Shown: in pieces, positions 1 through 8,628 of the stretch
Layout: the number at the start of each line of letters is the position of its first letter
How positions within the stretch are numbered: position 1 is the first letter of the stretch
Source of the DNA: Lachnospiraceae bacterium
GTDB lineage: Bacteria > Bacillota > Clostridia > TANB77 > CAG-508
NCBI GenBank assembly: GCA_963621995.1
Contig: CAVFFZ010000005.1
Span: forward strand, 2,930 to 66,929
Reading direction: 5' to 3'
DNA length: 64,000 nucleotides
The notes under the pieces: generated by a model
Told to the model about the DNA's origin: nothing
The model's database searches: none
The model's input: only the letters and a program-made list of their open reading frames with translations
Program-made: the position numbers and the translations under genes

Positions 1-92
1 AACAAATTAATCCATTTAGAAATGCTAATATATCAGGAAAATACATATATAATTAAAAACTGGTATAAGTATTGTTAATTGTAAGTGAAAAA

Positions 93-304
93 TGGACCAG
101 TTTATAATTCGATTTTTTAGATAACATAATAATTTTTACAAAGCTCTTAACTGATATAAATTAAAATTTCTTATAAATGTCAATACTTGATTTATCAATT
201 TATTTTAGTATTGACACGTTAAGAAATTTTAATATACTAAAAACATAAGGTTATGTAATCAAGTGGTCCAAATTTCAATTATAAAACGGACCAAAATTGG
301 ACCA
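93..304. repeat. Iteron-like (T)GGACCA repeats: 93-99, 287-293 and 298-304 direct, 264-270 inverted (TGGTCCA)
   Basis: Read directly from the sequence. The last two copies are 11 bp apart. G/C-containing heptamers stand out in otherwise AT-only DNA upstream of a replication-loader gene. Confidence 0.4.
161..239 (+). promoter_or_regulatory. Imperfect 26-27 nt inverted repeat (161-187 / 207-232) overlapping a TTGACA(211-216)-N16-TATACT(233-238) promoter
   Basis: Arms TTAAAATTTCTTA...TGTCAATACT and its reverse complement. The -35/-10 hexamers sit inside and next to the right arm, an operator-over-promoter layout typical of phage/plasmid control regions. Confidence 0.35.
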
Positions 305-545
305 TTTTTCATTTAGAAAATACAAGTATCAAAGTATTGATAAATATGAGAAAATTTTAGAGCAAAATAGAGCAAGACAAAAAAGATTTAGAGATAAGAA
401 AAAAGAAGAAAGTAACGTTACGCAACCGTCAAGTAACGTGGAAGAAGAGAATATAACAGAAAAGAATAAAATAGAAAATAATAGATTAGAAGATGATATA
501 AAGGCAGGTGAAAATGGTAGTGGATTCAAAACAATTGATTTCTGA
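297..545 (+). CDS. Small basic/acidic hypothetical protein. Its tail (NRARQKRFRDKKK..SNVT..SNV) resembles the C-termini of phage DnaD-like replication organisers.
   Basis: 82-aa ORF with a TTG start that overlaps the next gene by 38 nt. Only a loose compositional resemblance, no catalytic motif. Confidence 0.3.
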   Translation: MDHFSFRKYKYQSIDKYEKILEQNRARQKRFRDKKKEESNVTQPSSNVEEENITEKNKIENNRLEDDIKAGENGSGFKTIDF

Positions 546-1383
546 CATAGTTTTAGATACTAATAATAAAATGCACAAGCAGTGCAAATTCTGTGGAAAG
601 TTATTACATATAAATGATTATACTGCACTATATGTCAATATTGTTTATAAAGATATAGCAACTGCATATGAAAGATGTACCTGTAATGAGGCTAGTAAGA
701 TTTGGCAACAATATGATGAATACATTGAAAAAGACAAAATAAGAAAAATCAATTTAAGTAAAATAAACAAATTATTTAAAAATAATAATTTAGGAAAACG
801 TCAATTAAATAGCACATTTAAAAATTATAAAATAACAAATAAGAATAAAAATGCTTATGAAAATGTTAAAAAATATGTAGATAAATTGATAAAAGGAACA
901 ACTAATAAAGGACTTTTTATAACAGGAGCTTATGGTGTAGGTAAAACTTATTTAGCATCATGCATTGCAAATGAAATTATTAAGAACGGAAAATCAGTAA
1001 TATTTGGAACATTAATACAATTGTTAAATTTTATTAGAGATTCATATAGCGATTCAGAAGTTTCTGATAAAGATTATTTGAATTTATATTCGAGTGTTGA
1101 TCTTTTGGTAATTGATGATTTAGGAAAAGAAAAGCCAACAGAATGGGTATTAGAAAAACTATTTTTGATAGTAAATAATAGATATAATAATTATTTGCCG
1201 ATTATTATAACTACAAACTATAACAGAAATCAATTAAGAGAAAGATTATGTGTAAATAAAAATTATAGTATTGTTGATTCAATAATTTCAAGATTATATG
1301 AAATGTGTGCTGGTATTGAGATTAAGGATGATGACCATAGGATGAGTGATTCCCTAATTAGGGAATCACTCCGAAATAGTTGA
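508..1383 (+). CDS. DnaC/IstB-like AAA+ helicase-loader ATPase
   Basis: Walker A GAYGVGKTYLA and Walker B LLVIDDLGKE, with an N-terminal Cys cluster (CKFCGK...CTC). Size and layout are typical of phage/plasmid DnaC-like loaders. The start may be GTG 508 or ATG 514. Confidence 0.8.
   Translation: MKMVVDSKQLISDIVLDTNNKMHKQCKFCGKLLHINDYTALYVNIVYKDIATAYERCTCNEASKIWQQYDEYIEKDKIRKINLSKINKLFKNNNLGKRQLNSTFKNYKITNKNKNAYENVKKYVDKLIKGTTNKGLFITGAYGVGKTYLASCIANEIIKNGKSVIFGTLIQLLNFIRDSYSDSEVSDKDYLNLYSSVDLLVIDDLGKEKPTEWVLEKLFLIVNNRYNNYLPIIITTNYNRNQLRERLCVNKNYSIVDSIISRLYEMCAGIEIKDDDHRMSDSLIRESLRNS
1344..1371. repeat. Perfect 28-bp palindrome GAGTGATTCCCTAA|TTAGGGAATCACTC inside the last codons of the DnaC-like CDS
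   Basis: Read directly: 14+14 nt perfect inverted repeat with no spacer. Confidence 0.9.
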
Positions 1384-1428
1384 GATAACTGGAGTATAAG
1401 CTAAATTACTTTAGATGTAAAATGATTA

Positions 1429-1460
1429 GTGGCAGATAAAAAAGCCACTTTTCTTTTTAT
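1429..1460 (+). terminator. Rho-independent terminator after the DnaC-like gene
   Basis: GTGGC-N10-GCCAC stem followed by TTTTCTTTTT. Confidence 0.6.
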
Positions 1461-1703
1461 ATTGTTTTAGAGAAAAAACTAAAATAAGAGAAATGTTTTT
1501 AGCAAGATTCCCTTTTGTGTACACAAAGTTTTTTGGATAGTTGGGAAAGTCCCAAACCCTTTTATGAAGTGGAGATGATAAATTGAAGAAAGATAAAATT
1601 ATAACAATTAGAGTTAGTGAAAAAGAGAAGAGCGGATTGATTGAGAAAAGTAAAAAAATATGATATATATTTATAAAAGAAATATAAGGAGATGCTATAA
1701 TAA

Positions 1704-4700
1704 TTGAGAATAGAAGAATTAAATAAAATACAAAAAAATGCTATGAGTAAAGAAATAATAAAGGAACATTATGAATGGGAAGATGAAAGATTGATTTCTT
1801 ATATAATAGGGGAAATACCTTTTGAAAGAAAAATATATAGGTATAGTGGTAAAGAATTATCAAAAAAAGAACTAGACCAAAATGATATAATTGAAAAAAT
1901 TAATGAAATTATAAAAAAATATAATTATAATATGAAAATAGAACAATTAGAATTTGATGAACTAGAGAAAGAATATGTAAAATTAGAAAAATATAAAGAG
2001 AAGTTTTATACTTCATATGATGATGTTATTAATGGAATGAAATTCAATAAAGTTCTTATGATAAGTGGACCAGGAGGAATAGGAAAGAGTCAATTTTTAT
2101 TTGAACTTTCAGAAAAAGTAAGTAAAAAATTCAAATATCTATGTTTATATGGAAAATATTGTGAAAATGTAAGCAAGGAAATCTTCACACAAATAAGTAA
2201 AGATATAAAAAATGATAGGTTTTATTTTATCATTGATGCAATTAACGAATTTAGCAAAGATTTAAGAAAGAAAATATATAAATTTATAAATGATAATAAA
2301 GATAATTCAAACTTAAGAATAATAATTTCATTAAGAGATTTTTCAATGGCAGAAAAAGAAATTCAAGAATTAAAAAAGTTAGTTGATGTTGAAGAAACTT
2401 TTACAGGAGTTGATCCAGATAATGCATTAGAAAAAATATCAGAAAAATATAATTTGGACTTATCAATATATGATAGATTATTATATGATAATAATCCATT
2501 GCATTTAAAACTAATAATAAAGTCAATAAGTGAGAATCAATTAACGAATAAAAGGTTAAAGCCAATTACAAAAGGAACATATATTTATGAACATTTTATT
2601 AAGAATGTCCTAACTAAAAATGAATGGAATATTACAAAAGATATAATTGAGGAGATGTTTAAAAACAAGAGTAAAGAAATAAAAGTAGATGAATTGAATA
2701 AATTAGATATAACAGATATTAATGCATATATGAATAAAATGAAAACAAATAATTTTATCGGTACATATGATTATGATAATGATACTTTTGTTTATTTTAT
2801 AAATGAAACTTTAACAGATTATTTAATTGCAAGATTTTTATTTGATAATTTAGTAGGATTGAATATATCTGAAACCGAAGAATATATAAATAAGATTGTA
2901 AAAGTATTTTATAGTATTCATGATCAAGTTATTTTAATGCTATTTGAAAAATATGAAACTAATATAGAAATGGCTATAAAAATAATAAAGGAAACTGATT
3001 TAAATAATTACATGGATATAGAGATTTTTAACGAATTAAATTTAAGTACTGATAATATGGTGAAAATTCAAAAAATGCTTAAAGTAAATAGTTCATTAGA
3101 ACAATTATTAATTCGAGCTGGAGGAAATGAAAGTAATCCATTTAATTGTACAAATTTTTTAAATAATAAATTAAAAAAATTTTACGATAAAAATCAATTA
3201 AATATAGTAGGATATGATGTTAAAAAAATAAGACATAAATTAAAAGTATATGTTCAAACTATTAGCAAATTTAATTATGATAAAAAATACATAGAAGAAA
3301 AATTCTGGTATGCAATTTGGTGTTCATCATCAGTCAATAAATTAACTAGAGCATTAGCTAAAAAGTTGATATTTGAAATAACTAATATTCATTCAGAGTA
3401 TATTAACAAATTGATATCAGTGTATAATGAAGTCAAAGATGAATATATACAAGAAATGGTAATACAAGTATTAAGTTCTTTAAAAAAGAATAATAAAATA
3501 ATAAAGAAATTTTTTAATAGAATAAATGTTAAAGATTTTTGTAATATTAAGAATTTATACTTTATTAGCAACTATCTATATGGAAAAGAAAATTATGAAA
3601 AAATGGAAAAAACAAATTATCTTTTAGATACAGACAAAAAAATAGATAGTAATATTTTAAAATTTTTACATAGAATATTTTTTACATATAAATATGATTA
3701 TGATTTCTTTGGTTTCGAAACTTATAATTCTTCTATAACATTTCAAACTAAGTTTGTGAAGGAAGACAGAAAAGCTGTTATAAAAGTAAATAGATTTATT
3801 CAAAATAACTTTAAATGTTTGAATGATAATGAATGCCATTCAACATATTTTAAAGAGAATTTTATAGATAAAAAATTTTCAATAAATGAAGAAGTAATAG
3901 AGAATAGAGTAATTTATTTAGCATGGCAGAAAATTTTCAAGAGATATATGAAAACATATAATATAAAAATCAAAGATTTAGATAATATACACGTGTATGA
4001 AGAAGATGAGAAAGGAATTATATATAAGGCCTTAGAATTATCACTTTTGAAAATTAATGGCTCTATGACTTGTAACTACTTTACAGATGATTTTGAAATA
4101 TATGGAGACTATAAGGGATATCAATTTAATTGGTATGATAAGTATGATGAAAGAGCTGAAATATATTATCCAGTAGCTGTTTTTAATCAAGATATAGAAA
4201 ATTTAGATAATAAGACTTTGAAAAAAATAGTAATTCCCGAGAAAAAAAATATAAAATGGGTGAAAGACAGCGAATTAAGCTTAAATAATATAAAGAAAAT
4301 TATAGAACCTATAACATATAAAAACGAAAAATATTATATGTTATATGGAAGTGTAAGATTAGATGAAAAATCAGATGATGAATATGGTAATAGTTGGATT
4401 GATACATATATAATAAATCTTGCAATAGATGAAGATTATAATTTATGTGGTGTTAGTGATGAAGATAGAAAATATACAATAGAGACTAATAAATATAGAG
4501 GAAATTTAGAAGACTATAAAAGTAAAAGTTATAAAATGTCAACTAGTTTATATAGTTCAAACGATTTAAGTAACGTATATGTAACAACAGATTTTAATTT
4601 GCCACCGGCAATAATAATAAAAGAATTTAATTTACATTATAATAAATTTTCTTCCTCATGGAATGATATTAATGAAGAAAAAGTCATATTAGTTAATAAC

Positions 4701-5069
4701 AATGAAGGAATGTGGTATAGAAAAGGATGCGTTGGTACTTTATATATAAAGAAAAAATATTACGATATATTAATAAAAAAATATAATTACAAATATTTTT
4801 GCTTTACAGAGAAATATCATCCTAAAACAGGATATTGTCAAGACTCAGCACTTCAAATTCAAATAAATTCTGATGGCAGTATTGAAAAATATAAACATTA
4901 TAAAAGTCATAAACAGCTTCCTAGACAGCAAAACATAGAGTGCAAGAAATGTATAGTATACAAAAAAGAAAAAGAGAATGAGAAAAAGTGGAAGGATAAT
5001 AAATTCTATAATTTATTAATTGATGATATTAAAGAAATTTGGGATGAATATAATGAAAATGATAATTAA
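1704..5069 (+). CDS. Large STAND/NACHT-like P-loop NTPase (1121 aa) with long uncharacterised C-terminal region. Candidate defence sensor.
   Basis: Walker A MISGPGGIGKSQF and Walker B-like FYFIIDAINEF about 60 aa later, then RIIISLRD. About 115-aa coiled N-terminus and about 800 aa of helical/unknown C-terminal sequence. RBS AAGGAGA upstream of TTG 1704. Confidence 0.6.
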   Translation: MRIEELNKIQKNAMSKEIIKEHYEWEDERLISYIIGEIPFERKIYRYSGKELSKKELDQNDIIEKINEIIKKYNYNMKIEQLEFDELEKEYVKLEKYKEKFYTSYDDVINGMKFNKVLMISGPGGIGKSQFLFELSEKVSKKFKYLCLYGKYCENVSKEIFTQISKDIKNDRFYFIIDAINEFSKDLRKKIYKFINDNKDNSNLRIIISLRDFSMAEKEIQELKKLVDVEETFTGVDPDNALEKISEKYNLDLSIYDRLLYDNNPLHLKLIIKSISENQLTNKRLKPITKGTYIYEHFIKNVLTKNEWNITKDIIEEMFKNKSKEIKVDELNKLDITDINAYMNKMKTNNFIGTYDYDNDTFVYFINETLTDYLIARFLFDNLVGLNISETEEYINKIVKVFYSIHDQVILMLFEKYETNIEMAIKIIKETDLNNYMDIEIFNELNLSTDNMVKIQKMLKVNSSLEQLLIRAGGNESNPFNCTNFLNNKLKKFYDKNQLNIVGYDVKKIRHKLKVYVQTISKFNYDKKYIEEKFWYAIWCSSSVNKLTRALAKKLIFEITNIHSEYINKLISVYNEVKDEYIQEMVIQVLSSLKKNNKIIKKFFNRINVKDFCNIKNLYFISNYLYGKENYEKMEKTNYLLDTDKKIDSNILKFLHRIFFTYKYDYDFFGFETYNSSITFQTKFVKEDRKAVIKVNRFIQNNFKCLNDNECHSTYFKENFIDKKFSINEEVIENRVIYLAWQKIFKRYMKTYNIKIKDLDNIHVYEEDEKGIIYKALELSLLKINGSMTCNYFTDDFEIYGDYKGYQFNWYDKYDERAEIYYPVAVFNQDIENLDNKTLKKIVIPEKKNIKWVKDSELSLNNIKKIIEPITYKNEKYYMLYGSVRLDEKSDDEYGNSWIDTYIINLAIDEDYNLCGVSDEDRKYTIETNKYRGNLEDYKSKSYKMSTSLYSSNDLSNVYVTTDFNLPPAIIIKEFNLHYNKFSSSWNDINEEKVILVNNNEGMWYRKGCVGTLYIKKKYYDILIKKYNYKYFCFTEKYHPKTGYCQDSALQIQINSDGSIEKYKHYKSHKQLPRQQNIECKKCIVYKKEKENEKKWKDNKFYNLLIDDIKEIWDEYNENDN

Positions 5070-5135
5070 ATAGTTATTTTATTGTAAAAATTCTATGTTT
5101 ATGATAAAATGACCATAGTTTTGAGAGGTGAAAAT

Positions 5136-6107
5136 ATGCAAAACAAAGTAAAGCCATTTGTAAAATGGGCGGGAGGTAAAGGAAGTCTATTAAATCAGTT
5201 AAATAAGTATTATCCATTAGAACTAAAAAATGGAGAAATAGAATGCTATATAGAACCTTTTGTAGGTGGAGGAGCAGTTTTAATAGATATATTACAAAAT
5301 TATAAAGTAAAGGAAGCATATGCTTTTGATATAAATGAAAATTTAATAAATTCTTATAACATAATAAAAAACAATGTTAATGAATTAATATATAATCTAA
5401 AAATATTAGAAAAAGAATATTTGAGGTTAGAAAAAGATGCAAGAAAAGAATATTTTTATAATATAAGAGAACAGTACAACTCTTATAAGTTAGATAAAGA
5501 TGAAAAGTCATTGCAAAAAGCTGTAGAATTTATTTTTCTCAATAGGACATGTTTTAATGGACTATATAGAGTAAATAAAAATGGCGATTTTAATGTTCCT
5601 ATGGGAAACTATAAGAATCCAACTATATGTGACGAAGAAAATTTAAAGGAATTATCTAGACTTATAAAAAATGTAAAGTTTCAATATGGGGATTATAAGA
5701 CAAGTCAAGAATATATAAAGAAAAATACTTTTGTATATTTTGATCCACCATATAGACCTTTAAATGTTACATCAGGATTTACATCATATACTAAAGAAGA
5801 TTTCGATGATGAAAATCAAAAAGAATTAGCATTATTCTATAAAGAATTAAGTAATAAAAAAGTAAAAGTTATGCTTAGTAATTCTAATCCTAAAAATACA
5901 GATAAAGAAGATTGTTTCTTTGAAAATATTTATAAAGGGTTCAATATTAATGAAGTATATGCCAAAAGGATGATAAATGCTAATTCGAATGGAAGAGGAG
6001 AAATATCTGAACTTCTTATAACAAATTATGAGTCAGATAATTCTTGCTATGGAGAAATAGAATGTATAGAGGGAAATACTATTTTGAAACAGATAATTTC
6101 AAATTAA
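5136..6107 (+). CDS. dpnM: Dam-family N6-adenine DNA methyltransferase (M1.DpnII-like, GATC)
   Basis: N-terminal FVKWAGGK and catalytic FDPPY (FVYFDPPYRP), followed by NRTCFNGLYRVN. RBS GAGAGGTG precedes ATG 5136, and the ORF-track start 5109 lacks an RBS. First gene of a DpnII-type cassette. Confidence 0.85.
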   Translation: MQNKVKPFVKWAGGKGSLLNQLNKYYPLELKNGEIECYIEPFVGGGAVLIDILQNYKVKEAYAFDINENLINSYNIIKNNVNELIYNLKILEKEYLRLEKDARKEYFYNIREQYNSYKLDKDEKSLQKAVEFIFLNRTCFNGLYRVNKNGDFNVPMGNYKNPTICDEENLKELSRLIKNVKFQYGDYKTSQEYIKKNTFVYFDPPYRPLNVTSGFTSYTKEDFDDENQKELALFYKELSNKKVKVMLSNSNPKNTDKEDCFFENIYKGFNINEVYAKRMINANSNGRGEISELLITNYESDNSCYGEIECIEGNTILKQIISN

Positions 6108-6838
6108 TTTATAACGATATATTTAAAGCAATAAAAAAAGTCGAAGATAAAAGTATAGATATGATATTTGCAGATCCACCATATTTTTTATCCAGTGATG
6201 GTATAACTTGTAGTGGGGGGAAAATGGTAAGTGTTAATAAAGGAGAATGGGATAAAACATTATCAATTAAAGAAAAACATAAGTTTAATAAAAAGTGGAT
6301 AAAAGAATGTTATAGAATTTTAAAAGATAATGGTACTATTTGGATAAGTGGAACTTTGCACAACATTTATTCTATAGGAATGGCACTTGAAGAGGAAGAA
6401 TTTAAAATAATAAATAATATTACATGGCAAAAAACAAATCCACCGCCAAATCTAGCATGTAAAACATTTACACATTCTACCGAAACTATTTTATGGGCAA
6501 GAAAAGACTTGAAAAATATTAAATATACATTTAATTATGAAATTATGAAAAAATTAAATAATAATAAACAAATGAAAGATGTCTGGACAACTTCATTAAC
6601 TAAGCCATCAGAGAAAAAACAAGGAAAACATCCAACTCAAAAACCATTAGAAATATTAGATAAAATAATACTTGCTTCAACAAATGAAAATGATTTAGTT
6701 TTAGATCCATTTTGTGGCAGTAGTACAACAGGAATATCAGCAGTTAGATTAAATAGAAGATACATAGGAATAGACAATGAAAAAGAATATTTGGAGATAT
6801 CAAAAAAAAGATTCGAAGAAATAAAGGAGGAGATATAA
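6062..6838 (+). CDS. dpnA: Second N6/N4 DNA methyltransferase of the DpnII cassette (M2.DpnII/DpnA-like, beta class)
   Basis: IFADPPYF near the N-terminus, then HPTQKP and DPFCGSSTTG near the C-terminus (beta-class motif order). Overlaps the dpnM 3' end. RBS GGAGAAA precedes ATG 6062. Confidence 0.85.
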   Translation: MYRGKYYFETDNFKLIYNDIFKAIKKVEDKSIDMIFADPPYFLSSDGITCSGGKMVSVNKGEWDKTLSIKEKHKFNKKWIKECYRILKDNGTIWISGTLHNIYSIGMALEEEEFKIINNITWQKTNPPPNLACKTFTHSTETILWARKDLKNIKYTFNYEIMKKLNNNKQMKDVWTTSLTKPSEKKQGKHPTQKPLEILDKIILASTNENDLVLDPFCGSSTTGISAVRLNRRYIGIDNEKEYLEISKKRFEEIKEEI

Positions 6839-7773
6839 TGTATTTAGAAATGGACTATGATAAATTATCAGAAATATTTGTAAATAATTTATTAGTAACT
6901 AATAGGGGCTTTGATTTTTATGTTGATTGGGAAAATGCGAAAGCGTACAAGGAATTTGAAATAGAATTAAATGCAATGAATGTACTAATAAAAGCAGATA
7001 ATATAAAAGAAAAGTTTTTCAAATTAGTTGAAAAAGTTCCAACTGTTATTGCAACTTTTCCATTATTATTTGCACTTTCCAAAAATGAAAGAAATGAAGT
7101 ATGGAAAGGAAAAAATTTGTTAGCAGTTGTTGGAGATGAAATAGGAAATGCTGAAAATTTAAAATTTTCGTTTGAAGTTGAAAAGCTAAAACAAGGGTTA
7201 TCTAAACAAGAAATAGAAGATTATTATTATTTCTTTGAAAGAATTGGATTAAAAAATTTATGTGAGAATTTAGCAGAAAAAAGTTTAACTGATTATGTTA
7301 TTGGGGTATTAGTAGGTTTAGATTCTAATGGTAGAAAAAATAGAGGTGGTACTGCATTTGAAGATGCATGTGAACCTATAATAAAGAAAATTTGTGATAA
7401 ATATAATGTAACAATGTTATCACAGAAGCAGTTTAAAAAATTAAAGGAATATGGCTTTAGCGTATCTGAAGATATTGCAAATAGAAAAGCAGATTTTATA
7501 TTAATAAAAGACAATAAAGCTTTGAATATAGAAGTTGATTATTTCTTTAGAGGAGGTTCAAAACCTGAAGAAATAATTGATAGTTATATTAATAGACAAC
7601 ATGATTTAGATAAGTTAAATATGGGATTTGTGCTATTAACAGATGGTTTGTGTTGGGATAATAAATCAAAAAATCAATTACAAAAAGGATTTAGAAACAT
7701 GAATTATCTTATGAATTTTTATCTTGCAAAAAATGGAATGCTAGAAGAAGTTATACAAACATATTTTAAATAA
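6838..7773 (+). CDS. dpnB: Type II restriction endonuclease, DpnII/MboI family (GATC)
   Basis: Strong remembered similarity to R.DpnII: DYVIGVLVGLDSNGRKNRGGTAFED, ADFILIKD...IEVDYFFRGGSKPEE and LTDGLCWD. The start overlaps the dpnA stop (TAATG). Confidence 0.85.
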   Translation: MYLEMDYDKLSEIFVNNLLVTNRGFDFYVDWENAKAYKEFEIELNAMNVLIKADNIKEKFFKLVEKVPTVIATFPLLFALSKNERNEVWKGKNLLAVVGDEIGNAENLKFSFEVEKLKQGLSKQEIEDYYYFFERIGLKNLCENLAEKSLTDYVIGVLVGLDSNGRKNRGGTAFEDACEPIIKKICDKYNVTMLSQKQFKKLKEYGFSVSEDIANRKADFILIKDNKALNIEVDYFFRGGSKPEEIIDSYINRQHDLDKLNMGFVLLTDGLCWDNKSKNQLQKGFRNMNYLMNFYLAKNGMLEEVIQTYFK

Positions 7774-7795
7774 AAACATATTATGAAAGTTTTAT

Positions 7796-7826
7796 GGGGG
7801 TAACTTTTTATTAAGGTTACCCTTTT
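7796..7826 (+). terminator. Rho-independent terminator after the DpnII cassette
   Basis: GGGTAACTT...AAGGTTACCC stem followed by a T-run. Confidence 0.7.
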
Positions 7827-7848
7827 ATAATTAAAAGGAGGAATTTAA

Positions 7849-8580
7849 TTGATATATAATCCTAAAAATTTTAAGTTAGAGAATACAAGCATATGGAGTT
7901 TTAAAGAAAGAGGTAATTGGGCTACACATAAAGGGGATTATAGAGGAAATTGTCCACCGCAAGTACCAAGAAATCTAATATTAAAATATACAAGAGAAGA
8001 GGATATCGTTTTGGATCCATTTTGTGGAAGTGGTACATCAATGATAGAATGCAAATTATTAAATAGAAAGGGGATAGGAATTGATGTAAATATAGAATCA
8101 CTAAAATTAGCTAGAGATAGATTAAATTTTGAATATAATAATATTTATGAACCAAAGTTAATACGATCAGATTCAACTAATTTAAAAAAAATAATTCCAG
8201 ATGAAAAAATTGATTTTATCTTTGCTCATCCACCATATTCAGATATAATAAAATATAGTAAAGATATAAAAGAAGATATATCAAGATTAAATTTACAAGA
8301 ATTTTTAAATCAAATGAGTTTATTTTCAAAAGAATGTTTTAGAGTTCTAAAAAAAGACAAAGTTTGTTCAATTTTAATAGGTGATATTAGAAAAAATAAA
8401 AATGTTATTCCATTAGGATTTCATATCATGAATATTTTTATTCAAACAGGTTTCACATTGAAAGAAATAATTATAAAAGAACAACATAATTGTAAGATGA
8501 CAGATTATTGGAAAAATAAAAATAAGGATTTTTATTTATTAGCACATGAATATATATTTGTTTTTACAAAGAAAAATTGA
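7849..8580 (+). CDS. Stand-alone DNA (N6-A/N4-C) methyltransferase with permuted motif order
   Basis: SAM motif LDPFCGSGTS precedes catalytic FAHPPYSD. Before it lies a WSF..H.G.YRGNCPPQVPRNLI segment resembling the HPxxFP region of beta-class enzymes. TTG start with RBS AAGGAGGA. Confidence 0.7.
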   Translation: MIYNPKNFKLENTSIWSFKERGNWATHKGDYRGNCPPQVPRNLILKYTREEDIVLDPFCGSGTSMIECKLLNRKGIGIDVNIESLKLARDRLNFEYNNIYEPKLIRSDSTNLKKIIPDEKIDFIFAHPPYSDIIKYSKDIKEDISRLNLQEFLNQMSLFSKECFRVLKKDKVCSILIGDIRKNKNVIPLGFHIMNIFIQTGFTLKEIIIKEQHNCKMTDYWKNKNKDFYLLAHEYIFVFTKKN

Positions 8581-8628
8581 AAAATTGATAATATTGTGAT
8601 AAAATTTTAAACGAAGGAGAGGTTTTAT

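Noticed and set aside
1527-1560. Similarity between TTTTTGGATAGTTGGGAAAGTCCCAAACCC (1527-1560) and TTTTTGGAAACGTCCCAAAAG (about 40365-40385) as a dispersed repeat
   Set aside because: The shared part is short (TTTTGGA...GTCCCAAA) and imperfect, with different spacing. That is insufficient to claim a repeat family without a genome-wide search.
5074-5319. 81-aa minus-strand ORF overlapping the dpnM start
   Set aside because: It is antisense to the Dam-like CDS and its promoter, and its Leu/Tyr-rich low-complexity translation has no supporting signals.
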